Shown piece by piece: positions 1-8,634 of a stretch of 64,000 bases of DNA (positions are counted from its first letter, which is position 1; each line of letters begins with the position of its first letter). The stretch comes from Spirochaetia bacterium (GTDB lineage: Bacteria > Spirochaetota > Spirochaetia > SZUA-6 > Bin103). The notes beneath the pieces are model-generated. The model saw only the letters and a program-made list of their open reading frames with translations, was not told the DNA's origin and ran no database searches. The stretch lies in NCBI GenBank assembly GCA_965203515.1, contig OZ241907.1, forward strand, positions 3,264,001-3,328,000, written 5' to 3'. Both the position numbers and the translations under genes were made by a program.

Positions 1-860
1 CACTCGTAGTAGTCGCCCAGGCAGGCGATCTGGCCCAGGATGGTCGAGGCGTTCATCGCCGCGATGTTGGCCTGCATCGCCGCCATCACCTCGTCGGCGT
101 CGTGCTGCCCCTCGATCAGGAACACCGCCTCCACCACGCTGCCGGTGTCGGTCGGCACGCGCAACGCGGTACCGTTCAGCTTGCCGTTCAGGTGCGGGAG
201 CACCTTGCCGACCGCCTTGGCCGCGCCCGTGGAGGCGGGAATGATGTTGTTCAGCGTTGCCCGGTTCTTGCTGCCGCCGAACGCGTCCACGACCTTCTGG
301 GTCGCCGTCGCCGCGTGCGTGGTGCTCATCAGGCCGGCGGCGATCGGGAAGGAGCGGTCGATCACCGCCGCCAGCGGCGCCAGGCAGTTGGTGGTGCAGC
401 TCGCGTTGGAGACGATCGTCTCCGCGCCGGTGAGCGATGCATGGTTGACCCCGACGACCACGGTCGGCGTGTCGTCATCGCACGGCGCCGAGACCACCAC
501 CCGGCGCGCGCCGGCTCGCAGGTGGGCGGCGCTCCGTTCGCGGCTGAGATAGAACCCCGTGCACTCGAACACCACGTCGACGCCGTGATCGCCCCACGGG
601 ACCGCGGCGGCGTCCTGCTCGCCATAGATCGCCACGTGGTGATCGCCGATGCGGATCGCGTTCCCCGACCCACGCTCGACCGGCGCCGGGAAGCGGCCGT
701 ACACCGAATCGCGCGGCAGGCTGGCGGCGATGTCGTCCGCCGGCACCAGATCGTTGCCGGCGACGATCTCGAACCGCTCCGGCAGCCGCCCCAGGATCAC
801 GCGCATCACGTTCTTGCCGATGCGCCCCATGCCGTTGAATCCGACCCTCAGCTTGCCCAT
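1..860 (-). CDS. gap: Type I glyceraldehyde-3-phosphate dehydrogenase (3' end runs off the window)
   Basis: Manual translation from ATG at 860 gives MGKLRVGFNGMGRIGK (Rossmann), catalytic SNASCTTNCL at about 381-410 and NIIPASTGAAKAVG. Absent from the ORF track because it has no stop in the window. Confidence 0.96.
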   Translation of the reverse strand, partial: MGKLRVGFNGMGRIGKNVMRVILGRLPERFEIVAGNDLVPADDIAASLPRDSVYGRFPAPVERGSGNAIRIGDHHVAIYGEQDAAAVPWGDHGVDVVFECTGFYLSRERSAAHLRAGARRVVVSAPCDDDTPTVVVGVNHASLTGAETIVSNASCTTNCLAPLAAVIDRSFPIAAGLMSTTHAATATQKVVDAFGGSKNRATLNNIIPASTGAAKAVGKVLPHLNGKLNGTALRVPTDTGSVVEAVFLIEGQHDADEVMAAMQANIAAMNASTILGQIACLGDYYE

Positions 861-867
861 CGAACCG

Positions 868-897
868 AACATAGGAGCCGGCGTCCGGCGCTGTCAA
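868..897 (-). promoter_or_regulatory. Sigma70-type promoter of gap, leaderless geometry
   Basis: TTGACA (897-892), 18-nt spacer, TATGTT (873-868), then 7 nt to the ATG at 860; no SD. Confidence 0.7.
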
Positions 898-909
898 CCG
901 GCTCAGCCG

Positions 910-1110
910 TCAAGGCCGATACGCCAACCGTTGCCGCCGGCGTTTCTGAGGCTTGGTTGCTGAAGATACCGAACTTATGGTGGCTCCCGTATCCAGCAAT
1001 GCACGAAAGGTCTCCACGTCTTCCGGGTCTTTATCGTCCAACGATGGTTTGGAAACGTTGACGTTCACGAGGATCCGACGATGGTCGATCGATCCGAAGA
1101 ATGAGGGCAA
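910..1110 (-). pseudogene. Truncated retropepsin-like (clan AA) aspartyl protease
   Basis: TTG start 5 nt after the upstream stop; ...FRALLDTGATISSVS carries the D-T-G motif, but the frame ends about 20 codons later in non-protease-like sequence (66 aa). Confidence 0.6.
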
Positions 1111-1114
1111 CTCG

Positions 1115-1384
1115 CTACTCGATCGAAACCGGTTCGGTGTACAAGGTAGCGGCACCGAGAGTGGCAGGTGGTTCGCCGATCTTCTTGATGGAAAAGCGCC
1201 CCTCACCGAAACGTTCTTGGCCAACGAGATACGCATCCCACCGGTCGTTGAATACATTCACGAGATTTCCCTCGTGAAGCAAGGCGAAACGGCCGCCACT
1301 CGTACGTTCGAGTTCTTTTTGTATTGCTTGGTATGCCTCGATGTTTCGCTTCAGTTCATGCATCGCTTCGCTATCGTTAGCCAT
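1115..1384 (-). CDS. Small hypothetical protein (DUF5678-like, partner of an aspartyl protease)
   Basis: 89 aa, N-terminal helix then GRFALLHEGNLVNVF...DAY...G.ERFG..RFSIKKIG; lower GC than flanks; directly upstream of the DTG protease. Confidence 0.65.
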   Translation of the reverse strand: MANDSEAMHELKRNIEAYQAIQKELERTSGGRFALLHEGNLVNVFNDRWDAYLVGQERFGEGRFSIKKIGEPPATLGAATLYTEPVSIE

Positions 1385-1590
1385 CGTGTAGTATCCTGTC
1401 CAAAGTCAGCCGTAACTCAGGGGCTCAAGTCGGCCGACGCCGGCCGCTCTCGTCGTCTCACCGTATGGTTTCGTTGATTCCGCTGTCCAGGTCAACCCGG
1501 CCGGCTGCACTGGATTGGGTGCAAGCTGCGGTGAGCGAGGTGCCGCGGACGATGGTGATGCTCATCCGATACCGGTGCGCGTCAGCATGG

Positions 1591-1603
1591 TAGAATCCGG
1601 GCC
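1591..1603 (+). promoter_or_regulatory. -10 element TAGAAT, 7 nt before the GTG start (leaderless-type)
   Basis: TAGAAT at 1591-1596; GTG at 1604; no SD. Confidence 0.6.
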
Positions 1604-3907
1604 GTGGACACGCAACCGGCCGGGCGGACGGCGCCGGCAAGCGTCGGCGCGCCGACGCCGCTCATCGACGGGGAGGCGCGGGTGCGCGGGCGCCTCCGCT
1701 TCACGGCGGACTACATCGAGCCGCGCACGCTGGCCATGCGGCTGGTGGTGAGCCCGTACGCGCACGCGCGCGTGCGGTCGATCGATACCGGCGCCGCCGG
1801 CGCGGTGCCCGGCGTGGTGCGCGTGCTGACCGCCGCCGATCTGCCGGACGTGACGCCCACCAACCGCGTGCGGCTGCTGCTGGCGCGCGAGCGGGCGCTG
1901 TTCGTGGGCCATCCGGTCGCGCTGGTGATCGCCGCCTCCGAGGCGGCGGCCGAAGACGGCGTGGACGCGGTCATGGTCGACTACGAACCGCTGCCGGCGG
2001 TCACCACGATCGACGCGGCCGCCCGGCCCGGCGCCCCGCTGGTGTGGCCGGACGGCATGCCGGGCGAGGACCTGGAGGCGGCCGACCACGGCGCCGACGT
2101 CGACGGGGCCGCCGCCGGCCCGGCAGCCCCGTCCAACGTCGCCAACCCCGTCGGCTTTCAACGCGGCGACGCGGACGCCGCCCTGCGCTCCGCCTGCCGG
2201 ACCGTCGACCTCACCTTCGAGATCGACCGGGTCCACCAGAGCTATCTGGAGCCGCACGCCACGATCGCCGCGCCCGACGGCGCGCGCGGCGCTACGGTAT
2301 GGAGCGCGTCGCAGGCGCCCACCTACGTCCAGAAGGAGTCTGCCGCCCTGCTGGGCGTTCCGGCGGCCGACGTCGACGCCAAGGTGATGCACGTGGGCGG
2401 CGGCTTCGGCGGCAAGTTCATCCTGTACGAGCCGCTGGTGGCGGCGGCCGCGCGCGCGGTCGACGCGCCGGTGCACCTCGTCATGACGCGGCGCGAGGAA
2501 CTGCTGGCCGCGCAGCCGGCGGCCGGCGGTCGCATCCGCATCCGGCTCGGCGCCGGCGCGGACGGCGCGCTGACGGCGATCAAGGCGGACCTGACCTACG
2601 ACGGCGGCTGCTTCCCGACGGCGCCGGCCGGTATCGGCGTGCAGATGTGCGGCAGCATCTACCAGGCGCCCAACATCGACGTCCGCGGCCGCACGGTGAT
2701 GACGCACAAGCCGTCGATCGGCGCGTACCGCGCGCCCGGCATGGTGCAACAGGCGTTCGCGCTGGAGAGCGCCATGGACGAGCTGGCGATCGCCCTGGAG
2801 ATCGACCCGCTGGAGCTGCGCCTGCGCAACGTCTCCCGCGCCGGCGATCCGCTGGCGGACGGCGGCGCGTGGCCGGACATCGGCATGCGGGAGGTGCTGG
2901 AGACCTTGCGCGCGCATCCGCTCTGGCAGCAACGCGGCCGGCCGGACGCCGAGGGGCGCGGCGTCGGCGTGGCGCTCGGCGCCTGGTTCGGCGGCGTCGA
3001 CGCCAGCAACGCCGGCTGCACGGTCGAGGAGGACGGCGGCATCACCGTGCACGTGAACGCCGTCGACCTGACCGGCGTCGGCACCAGCGTGGTGCTGCTG
3101 GCGGCCGAGGAGATCGGCGTCAGCCCGGATGCGGTGCGCGTGCGGTGGCAGGGGCAGGTGGACGGCCCCTACCACCTCTCCAACGCCGGCGGCAGCAAGA
3201 CGCTCAGAACCGTGGGGCCGGCGGTGATCGCGGCCGCCCGCGACGCCAGGGAGCAGCTCTTCCGCGTGGCCGCCGCGCATCTGGAGGCGGACGCGGCCGA
3301 CCTGGAGATCGCCGCCGGCGCGGTGCGCGTCAAGGGCGTGCCGGAGTCGGCGGTGCCGATCGGCGAGCTGGCCGCCTTGCGGGCCCTGCACGGCCCCATC
3401 GCCGGCCACGGCCGCAGCGCCCCGGGCGGGCGCGCCCCGGCTTTCTGCGGCCAGCTGGCCGAGGTGAGCGTGGACGAGGAGACCGGCCGGGTGACGGTGC
3501 ACCGCGTCGTGATGGCGCAGGACGTAGGCCGGGCGATCAACCCGCTGACGGTCGCCGGGCAGATGATGGGCGGCGCTGCGCAGGGGGCCGGCTGGGCGCT
3601 CTGCGAGCGGCTGGTCTACGATGAGGACGGCCAGCTCCTCACCGGGACGCTCATGGACTACGCAGTGCCGTCCGCCAAGGACGTACCGCCAATCGAGACG
3701 CTGCTGGTGGAACGGCCGTCCGACCACGCCCCGCACGGCGCGCGCGGCGTGGGTGAACCGCCGATCATCGCCACCGCCGCGGCGATCGCCAACGCGGTCC
3801 GGCACGGCAGCGGCCGGCGGGTCACCGCCGCGCCGCTCACCCCCGGCCGCGTACTCGCCGTCGAGCCGGTGGAGGAGGAGGTGGTGGAGGCGGCCGTTTC
3901 TGCCTGA
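1604..3907 (+). CDS. Xanthine dehydrogenase family molybdopterin-binding (large) subunit
   Basis: SPYAHARV, HQSYLEPH, GGGFGGK, AYRAPG, DVGRAINP, GVGEPP motifs; 767 aa. Confidence 0.93.
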   Translation: MDTQPAGRTAPASVGAPTPLIDGEARVRGRLRFTADYIEPRTLAMRLVVSPYAHARVRSIDTGAAGAVPGVVRVLTAADLPDVTPTNRVRLLLARERALFVGHPVALVIAASEAAAEDGVDAVMVDYEPLPAVTTIDAAARPGAPLVWPDGMPGEDLEAADHGADVDGAAAGPAAPSNVANPVGFQRGDADAALRSACRTVDLTFEIDRVHQSYLEPHATIAAPDGARGATVWSASQAPTYVQKESAALLGVPAADVDAKVMHVGGGFGGKFILYEPLVAAAARAVDAPVHLVMTRREELLAAQPAAGGRIRIRLGAGADGALTAIKADLTYDGGCFPTAPAGIGVQMCGSIYQAPNIDVRGRTVMTHKPSIGAYRAPGMVQQAFALESAMDELAIALEIDPLELRLRNVSRAGDPLADGGAWPDIGMREVLETLRAHPLWQQRGRPDAEGRGVGVALGAWFGGVDASNAGCTVEEDGGITVHVNAVDLTGVGTSVVLLAAEEIGVSPDAVRVRWQGQVDGPYHLSNAGGSKTLRTVGPAVIAAARDAREQLFRVAAAHLEADAADLEIAAGAVRVKGVPESAVPIGELAALRALHGPIAGHGRSAPGGRAPAFCGQLAEVSVDEETGRVTVHRVVMAQDVGRAINPLTVAGQMMGGAAQGAGWALCERLVYDEDGQLLTGTLMDYAVPSAKDVPPIETLLVERPSDHAPHGARGVGEPPIIATAAAIANAVRHGSGRRVTAAPLTPGRVLAVEPVEEEVVEAAVSA

Positions 3908-4883
3908 CCGGCCGGCGCCGGCCGAACCGCCGCCGGCGCTCCCGTCGCGCCTGGTCCTGGGCACCGCCGGGCTCGCCCGGCACGCCGCGGCGTTGCCGGG
4001 CTCGGTGCGCGGACCGCAGGCGCTGGCGCTTCTGGACCACGCGTTCGACCTGGGCATCCGGGCGCTCGATACCGCCGCGATCTATCAGCTCGGCGGCAGC
4101 GAGCGTCTGATCGGCGAGTGGTTGCGGCGCGCCGGGACCCGCGACCGGATCTACCTGATCAGCAAGGGCGGCCACCCGTCGCTCCTCGGTCGGCCGCGGT
4201 TGCGGCGGGGCGACCTGGAGCGCGATCTGCAGGCTTCGCTGCGGCGATTGCGCACCGATCGTCTGGACCTCTACCTGCTGCACCGGGACGCGCCCGGAGC
4301 GCCGCTTCAGCCGATCGCGGAGACCCTCTGGTCGTTCGTCGCCGGCGGGCGCGTTCGCGCCTACGGGGTCTCCAACTGGTCCCATGAGCGGTTCGCGGCG
4401 CTGCGCGCGCTGGCGGTGAGCCGGGGAATGCCGCCGCCGACCGCCAGCAGCCCGCAGTTCAGCCTGCCGCAGTGGGTGGCGACGCCCTACCCGGGCTGTC
4501 TGTCGATCGGCGGGCCGGCCGGCGCCGGGGCGCTGCGCGCGTACCGGGCGGCCGGCGTCGCGGTGCTGGCCTGGTCGCCGCTCGGCAGCGGCTGGTTGCG
4601 CGCGCCCGGCGGCCGCGCGCGCAGCCGGGCGTACCGGGGCGGCGCCAACGACGCGCGCCATCGCCGCCTCGTGGCGCTGGCCGAACGGATCGGCTGCACG
4701 CCGGCGCAGGCCGCGCTCGCCTGGGTGCTCGCCCACGGCAGCAACCTGCATGCGATCGTCGGCACGCGGAGGCCGGAACGGCTGGCCGAGCTGCTGGAGG
4801 CGGTGGAGCTGACGCTCGGCCCGGAGCAGCTCGCGTGGCTGTCGGCCGGCGGCGGCCGGAGCGCCATGGCGGCCGGTCCGTGA
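3900..4883 (+). CDS. Aldo/keto reductase (start uncertain, possibly CTG at 3900)
   Basis: SRLVLGT, DTAAIY, ISKGG, SLRRLRTDRLDLYLLHR, GVSNW, AWSPLG motifs. Confidence 0.88.
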   Translation: MPDRPAPAEPPPALPSRLVLGTAGLARHAAALPGSVRGPQALALLDHAFDLGIRALDTAAIYQLGGSERLIGEWLRRAGTRDRIYLISKGGHPSLLGRPRLRRGDLERDLQASLRRLRTDRLDLYLLHRDAPGAPLQPIAETLWSFVAGGRVRAYGVSNWSHERFAALRALAVSRGMPPPTASSPQFSLPQWVATPYPGCLSIGGPAGAGALRAYRAAGVAVLAWSPLGSGWLRAPGGRARSRAYRGGANDARHRRLVALAERIGCTPAQAALAWVLAHGSNLHAIVGTRRPERLAELLEAVELTLGPEQLAWLSAGGGRSAMAAGP

Positions 4884-6562
4884 ACCGCGCGAACGACGCC
4901 GACGCGATCGTGGTCGGGTCCGGCGCCGCCGGCGGCTGGGCGGCCAAGGAGCTGACCGAGGCGGGGCTGCGCGTGCTGCTGCTGGAAGCGGGGCCGGAGC
5001 GAACGCCGGCCGGCGCCGGCCGGGCGTGGGCGACGCGGTTGTGGCGGCACGCCCGCGGCGTCCAGCCGGTGCAGGAGCTGCACGTCAAGTACTGGACCGA
5101 GGACCCCGACCTCTTCGTGAAGGACGTGGAGCAGGGATACTCCACGCCGCCGGACCGGCCGTTCGTCTGGATACGCGGCCGGCAGCTCGGCGGGCGTACG
5201 CTGCTCTGGGGCGGCGTGACGCTGCGGCTGTCCGACTATGAGCTGACGGCTGCCGAGCGGGACGGCTGCGGGCCGTCGTGGCCGATCCGCTACCGCGATC
5301 TGGCGCCCCATTACGACCGGGTGGAGCGCTTCCTGCGCATCCACGGCACGCGGGAGGGCTTGCCGCAGCTGCCGGACGGGCGGTTCGTGGGGGCGCGGCC
5401 GTTGACGCGGGCGGAGCGCCGGCTGGGCGACGGGGTGGCGGCGGTCTGGCCGGACCGGCGTCTGATCCCGTCGCGCGGGTTGGCAGTGGAGCGTCACGGC
5501 GGCCGCGAGCCGCGCTTGAGCAGCGTGGCCACCAGCATCGCGGCGGCGCGGGCGACCGGCCGGCTGCGGGTGCGAACCGGCGCGGCGGTCAGCCACCTCA
5601 TCCCCGGCGGCCGCGCGGGGGGCGCCGGGGGGGTGCTGTTCGTGGACGCCGCCACCGGCGCGGCGCAGGCGGCGCGGGCCGGCCTGATAGTGCTGTGCGC
5701 CTCCACGATCGAGACGATTCGCATTCTGCTCACCACCCGGCAGGAGCATCCCGAGCTGCCGGTGAGCGAGTCGGACTGCCTGGGCCGCTACCTGATGGAT
5801 CACGTGGTTCTGGGGACCGCGGTGGCGGTGGACGGCGTCCCGTACGATCGGCCGGCGGCGTTGACGGGCGCCGACTCGTTCCTGGTGCCGAGGTTTCAGA
5901 ATCTGGCCCCGACCGGCGCCGAACCGTATCTGCGCGGCTACGGCTTGTGGGGCGTGATCCAGCGCCGAGGCTTTGCCGGCCGCCGCGGCCGGCCGGCGCT
6001 CGGGCTGGTGATCGCGCAGGGGGAGATGCTGCCGCGGAGGGACAACCGGGTGGAGCTGGACGGGGGCCGCGGCGGCGACGGGCTGACCGGCGTGCGCGTC
6101 AGTTGCGCGTGGGGAGAAAACGATCGGGCGATGCATCACGCCATGGGCGCGGCGGTCGAGGAGATGGTGCGCGCCGGCGGCGGGCGCACGGTGCGGAGAT
6201 TCGGGGGGCTCGCCGGGCTGCCGGGTCTGCTGGGGTTGCCGGCGAGGCTGGAGCGGTTCTGGGTGGCGCCGCCGCCGGGAGCGTTCGTGCACGAGGTGGG
6301 CGGCGCGCGCATGGGCAGCGATCCGGGCGCGGCGGTGGTCGATGGGCGCAACCGGTGCTGGGGGATGCCGAACGTGCTGGTCACCGACGGGGCCTGCTGG
6401 CCTACCTCTGGCTGGCAGAGCCCGACGCTGACGATCATGGCGCTGACCGCGCGGGCGTGCGCGCTGGCGGCGGCCGATCTGCGCCGCGGCGAGCTGCGCG
6501 CGGGCCTGGACGCCCCGCCCGCCGGGACCTGGCTGCCCGCCGGCAAGGCGGCGCAGGGCTGA
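4880..6562 (+). CDS. GMC-family FAD oxidoreductase
   Basis: GTG start overlapping the AKR stop (GTGA); DAIVVGSGAAGG, GGRTLLWG, HEVGGARMG, NVLVTDG..PTLTIMAL. Confidence 0.92.
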   Translation: MNRANDADAIVVGSGAAGGWAAKELTEAGLRVLLLEAGPERTPAGAGRAWATRLWRHARGVQPVQELHVKYWTEDPDLFVKDVEQGYSTPPDRPFVWIRGRQLGGRTLLWGGVTLRLSDYELTAAERDGCGPSWPIRYRDLAPHYDRVERFLRIHGTREGLPQLPDGRFVGARPLTRAERRLGDGVAAVWPDRRLIPSRGLAVERHGGREPRLSSVATSIAAARATGRLRVRTGAAVSHLIPGGRAGGAGGVLFVDAATGAAQAARAGLIVLCASTIETIRILLTTRQEHPELPVSESDCLGRYLMDHVVLGTAVAVDGVPYDRPAALTGADSFLVPRFQNLAPTGAEPYLRGYGLWGVIQRRGFAGRRGRPALGLVIAQGEMLPRRDNRVELDGGRGGDGLTGVRVSCAWGENDRAMHHAMGAAVEEMVRAGGGRTVRRFGGLAGLPGLLGLPARLERFWVAPPPGAFVHEVGGARMGSDPGAAVVDGRNRCWGMPNVLVTDGACWPTSGWQSPTLTIMALTARACALAAADLRRGELRAGLDAPPAGTWLPAGKAAQG

Positions 6563-6590
6563 GCGGCGGCCGGCGGCGGCAGGAACCTCG

Positions 6591-7886
6591 ATGCGCATCG
6601 CGATCGTCGCCATCGGCTCCTGGGGCGACGTGGGCCCGCTCATCGCGCTCGGCGCCGGACTGGCCGGCGCCGGCTACCGGGTGGTGCTGGTCACGCACGC
6701 CGCCTATGCGTCCGACGTCGGCCGCGCCGGCCTCGACTTCGCGCCGCTGAGCGGCGATCCGCTGGCGATTCCGGAGGCCGAGGACGGCCGGCAATGGCTG
6801 GAGTCGGGCGGCAACGGGCTGCGGTTCGCCGCGGATCTGATTCGCATCGCCCGCCCGCTGCTGCGCGTGGTGCTGCAGGAGGCGCATGCCGCCTGCAGCG
6901 CCTGCGCGGCGATCCTGCACACGCCGTTCGCGTCGTTCGCCGCCCACGTCGCCGAACGCCTGGAGGTGCCGAGCATCGTCGTCGGCCAGCAGCCGGTGAC
7001 CAGGACCGGCGAATGGCCGGCGTTCCTGATCCCGCAGGGCGCGCGGCTCGGCCGTTACGGCAACCGGCTGTCGTATCGGCTGATGGAGCAGGCGCTGTGG
7101 CTGCCGTACCGGTCGCGGTACCAGCGGTGGCGCCGCGGCGTCGGCCTGCCCGGCGCCGGGCCGTTCGGGCCGGCCGGCCGGCTCTATACCGGCCGCGTGC
7201 CGGTGCTGTACGGCTTCAGCCGCCTGGTGGTGCCGCCGCCGGCCGACTGGCCGGCGTGGCACCACGCCACCGGCTACTGGCCGGCGCCGCGGCGTGACGC
7301 CTGGAGCCGCGCTGACGCCCAGGTCGCCGCGTTCCTGCGTGCCGGGCCGCCGCCGGTGTTCGTGAGCTTCGGCAGCATGACCACCCGCGATCCGGCGCGC
7401 GTGCTGGCGCAGGTCGTCGGCGCGTTGCGCCGCGCCGGCCGCCGCGGACTGCTGGCGACCGCCGCCGGCGCGCTCCCGCCGCGGCGGCTGGCGCCGGACG
7501 TGCTGATCACGGAAGGATTTTCCCATGCGCGCGCCCTGCCGGGGGCGGCGGCTGCCGTGCATCACGGCGGCGCCGGCACGGCGGCCGCCAGCCTCACGGC
7601 CGGCGTTCCCACGGTAGTCGTCCCGTTCTTCGCCGATCAGTTCTTCTGGGGACGGCGGGTGGCGGCGCTGGGGGTCGGACCGGCTCCCCTGCCGATGGCC
7701 GAGCTCGACGCCGCGCGGTTGGCCGGCCGGCTCCGGGCCGTGCTAGCATCGCCGTCGATGCGGGAGCGGGCGGCCGATCTGGGCGCGCGGCTGCGCGCCG
7801 AAGACGGCGTGGCGGCGGCGGTGCGGCTGATCGACCGCTATCTGGGAACGCGCCGGGAGGCGCTTGGCCGGGCGGCGCGTGGCTGA
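6591..7886 (+). CDS. GT1/GT28-like glycosyltransferase (sterol 3-beta-glucosyltransferase-like)
   Basis: GSWGDVGP N-terminus, VFVSFGSM, HHGGAGT, VVPFFADQFFWG. Confidence 0.9.
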   Translation: MRIAIVAIGSWGDVGPLIALGAGLAGAGYRVVLVTHAAYASDVGRAGLDFAPLSGDPLAIPEAEDGRQWLESGGNGLRFAADLIRIARPLLRVVLQEAHAACSACAAILHTPFASFAAHVAERLEVPSIVVGQQPVTRTGEWPAFLIPQGARLGRYGNRLSYRLMEQALWLPYRSRYQRWRRGVGLPGAGPFGPAGRLYTGRVPVLYGFSRLVVPPPADWPAWHHATGYWPAPRRDAWSRADAQVAAFLRAGPPPVFVSFGSMTTRDPARVLAQVVGALRRAGRRGLLATAAGALPPRRLAPDVLITEGFSHARALPGAAAAVHHGGAGTAAASLTAGVPTVVVPFFADQFFWGRRVAALGVGPAPLPMAELDAARLAGRLRAVLASPSMRERAADLGARLRAEDGVAAAVRLIDRYLGTRREALGRAARG

Positions 7887-8634
7887 ACGGTCCGGCGTTC
7901 CCCGCCGGCTCCACCAGATCTGGATGCAGGGCCAAGGCCGCCTGCCGCCGCGGCTCGCCGCGCTGCAGCGCACGTGGCGGCGGCTCAATCCGCACTACGA
8001 GTACCGCCTGTGGGACGGGCCGGCGCTGCGCGCGCTGATCGCCGCCCGCCACGCCTGGTTCCTGCCGACCTGGGACCGCTATCGACACCTGCACCAGCGC
8101 GCCGATGCCGGCCGGCTGTTCGTGCTGTACGACCGGGGCGGCTTCTATGCCGACGTCGACGCGCGGGCGCTCCGCCCGCTCGACGAGCTGACCGCGCTGG
8201 TGCCGGACGCGCGGGTGATCGCCTCGGCGTTGCCGTTCGCCGGGCTGGACCGCGCCCTGATCGGCATGGCGTGCGGCACGCGCCGGCTGATCAGCAACGC
8301 GATCGTGGGCATGGAGCCGGGACTGGACGAGTGGCTGCAGGTGCTGCGGCGGCTACCGCGGCGACCGGCGTTCCTTCGGTTCCACAAGGAGCTCTCGATA
8401 GCGTTCGGCACCGGACCGATGTTCCTCTCCGGCGCGGTCGACCGCGCGTTTGCCGGGTGTCCCGAGCAGGTGGCGATCATGCCGGCCCGCATGTTCGAAC
8501 GTCGACTGGGGTATCAGCCGTACGTTCCCGCTCCGGCCGACGCGTTCATGGATCACCTGATGGACGCGTCGTGGCATTCGCCGTGGCTGCAGCGGCTGCT
8601 GCGGATCTACTACGGATGGCTGTTCCGCCGCTGA
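7879..8634 (+). CDS. GT32 (OCH1/SUR1-like DxD) glycosyltransferase
   Basis: VPRRLHQIW, NPHYEYRLW, QRADAGRLFVLY..GGFYADVD, TGPMFL. Confidence 0.88.
   Translation: MAERSGVPRRLHQIWMQGQGRLPPRLAALQRTWRRLNPHYEYRLWDGPALRALIAARHAWFLPTWDRYRHLHQRADAGRLFVLYDRGGFYADVDARALRPLDELTALVPDARVIASALPFAGLDRALIGMACGTRRLISNAIVGMEPGLDEWLQVLRRLPRRPAFLRFHKELSIAFGTGPMFLSGAVDRAFAGCPEQVAIMPARMFERRLGYQPYVPAPADAFMDHLMDASWHSPWLQRLLRIYYGWLFRR

Noticed and set aside
1440..1462. 13-bp match (ccggccgctctcg) to the trpCF insertion junction at 51036
   Set aside because: A GC-rich 13-mer match is expected by chance in 64 kb, and the similarity does not extend cleanly.
2720..2745. Aerobic CO dehydrogenase CoxL call
   Set aside because: The active-site loop is AYRAPG, not AYxCSFR (form I) or AYRGAGR (form II), and no coxMS genes are adjacent.
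1562..4057. Long antisense or alternate-frame ORFs over real genes throughout the window
   Set aside because: Arg/Ala/Gly/Pro-rich, no family motifs, and fully overlapped by well-supported genes; expected at this GC content.
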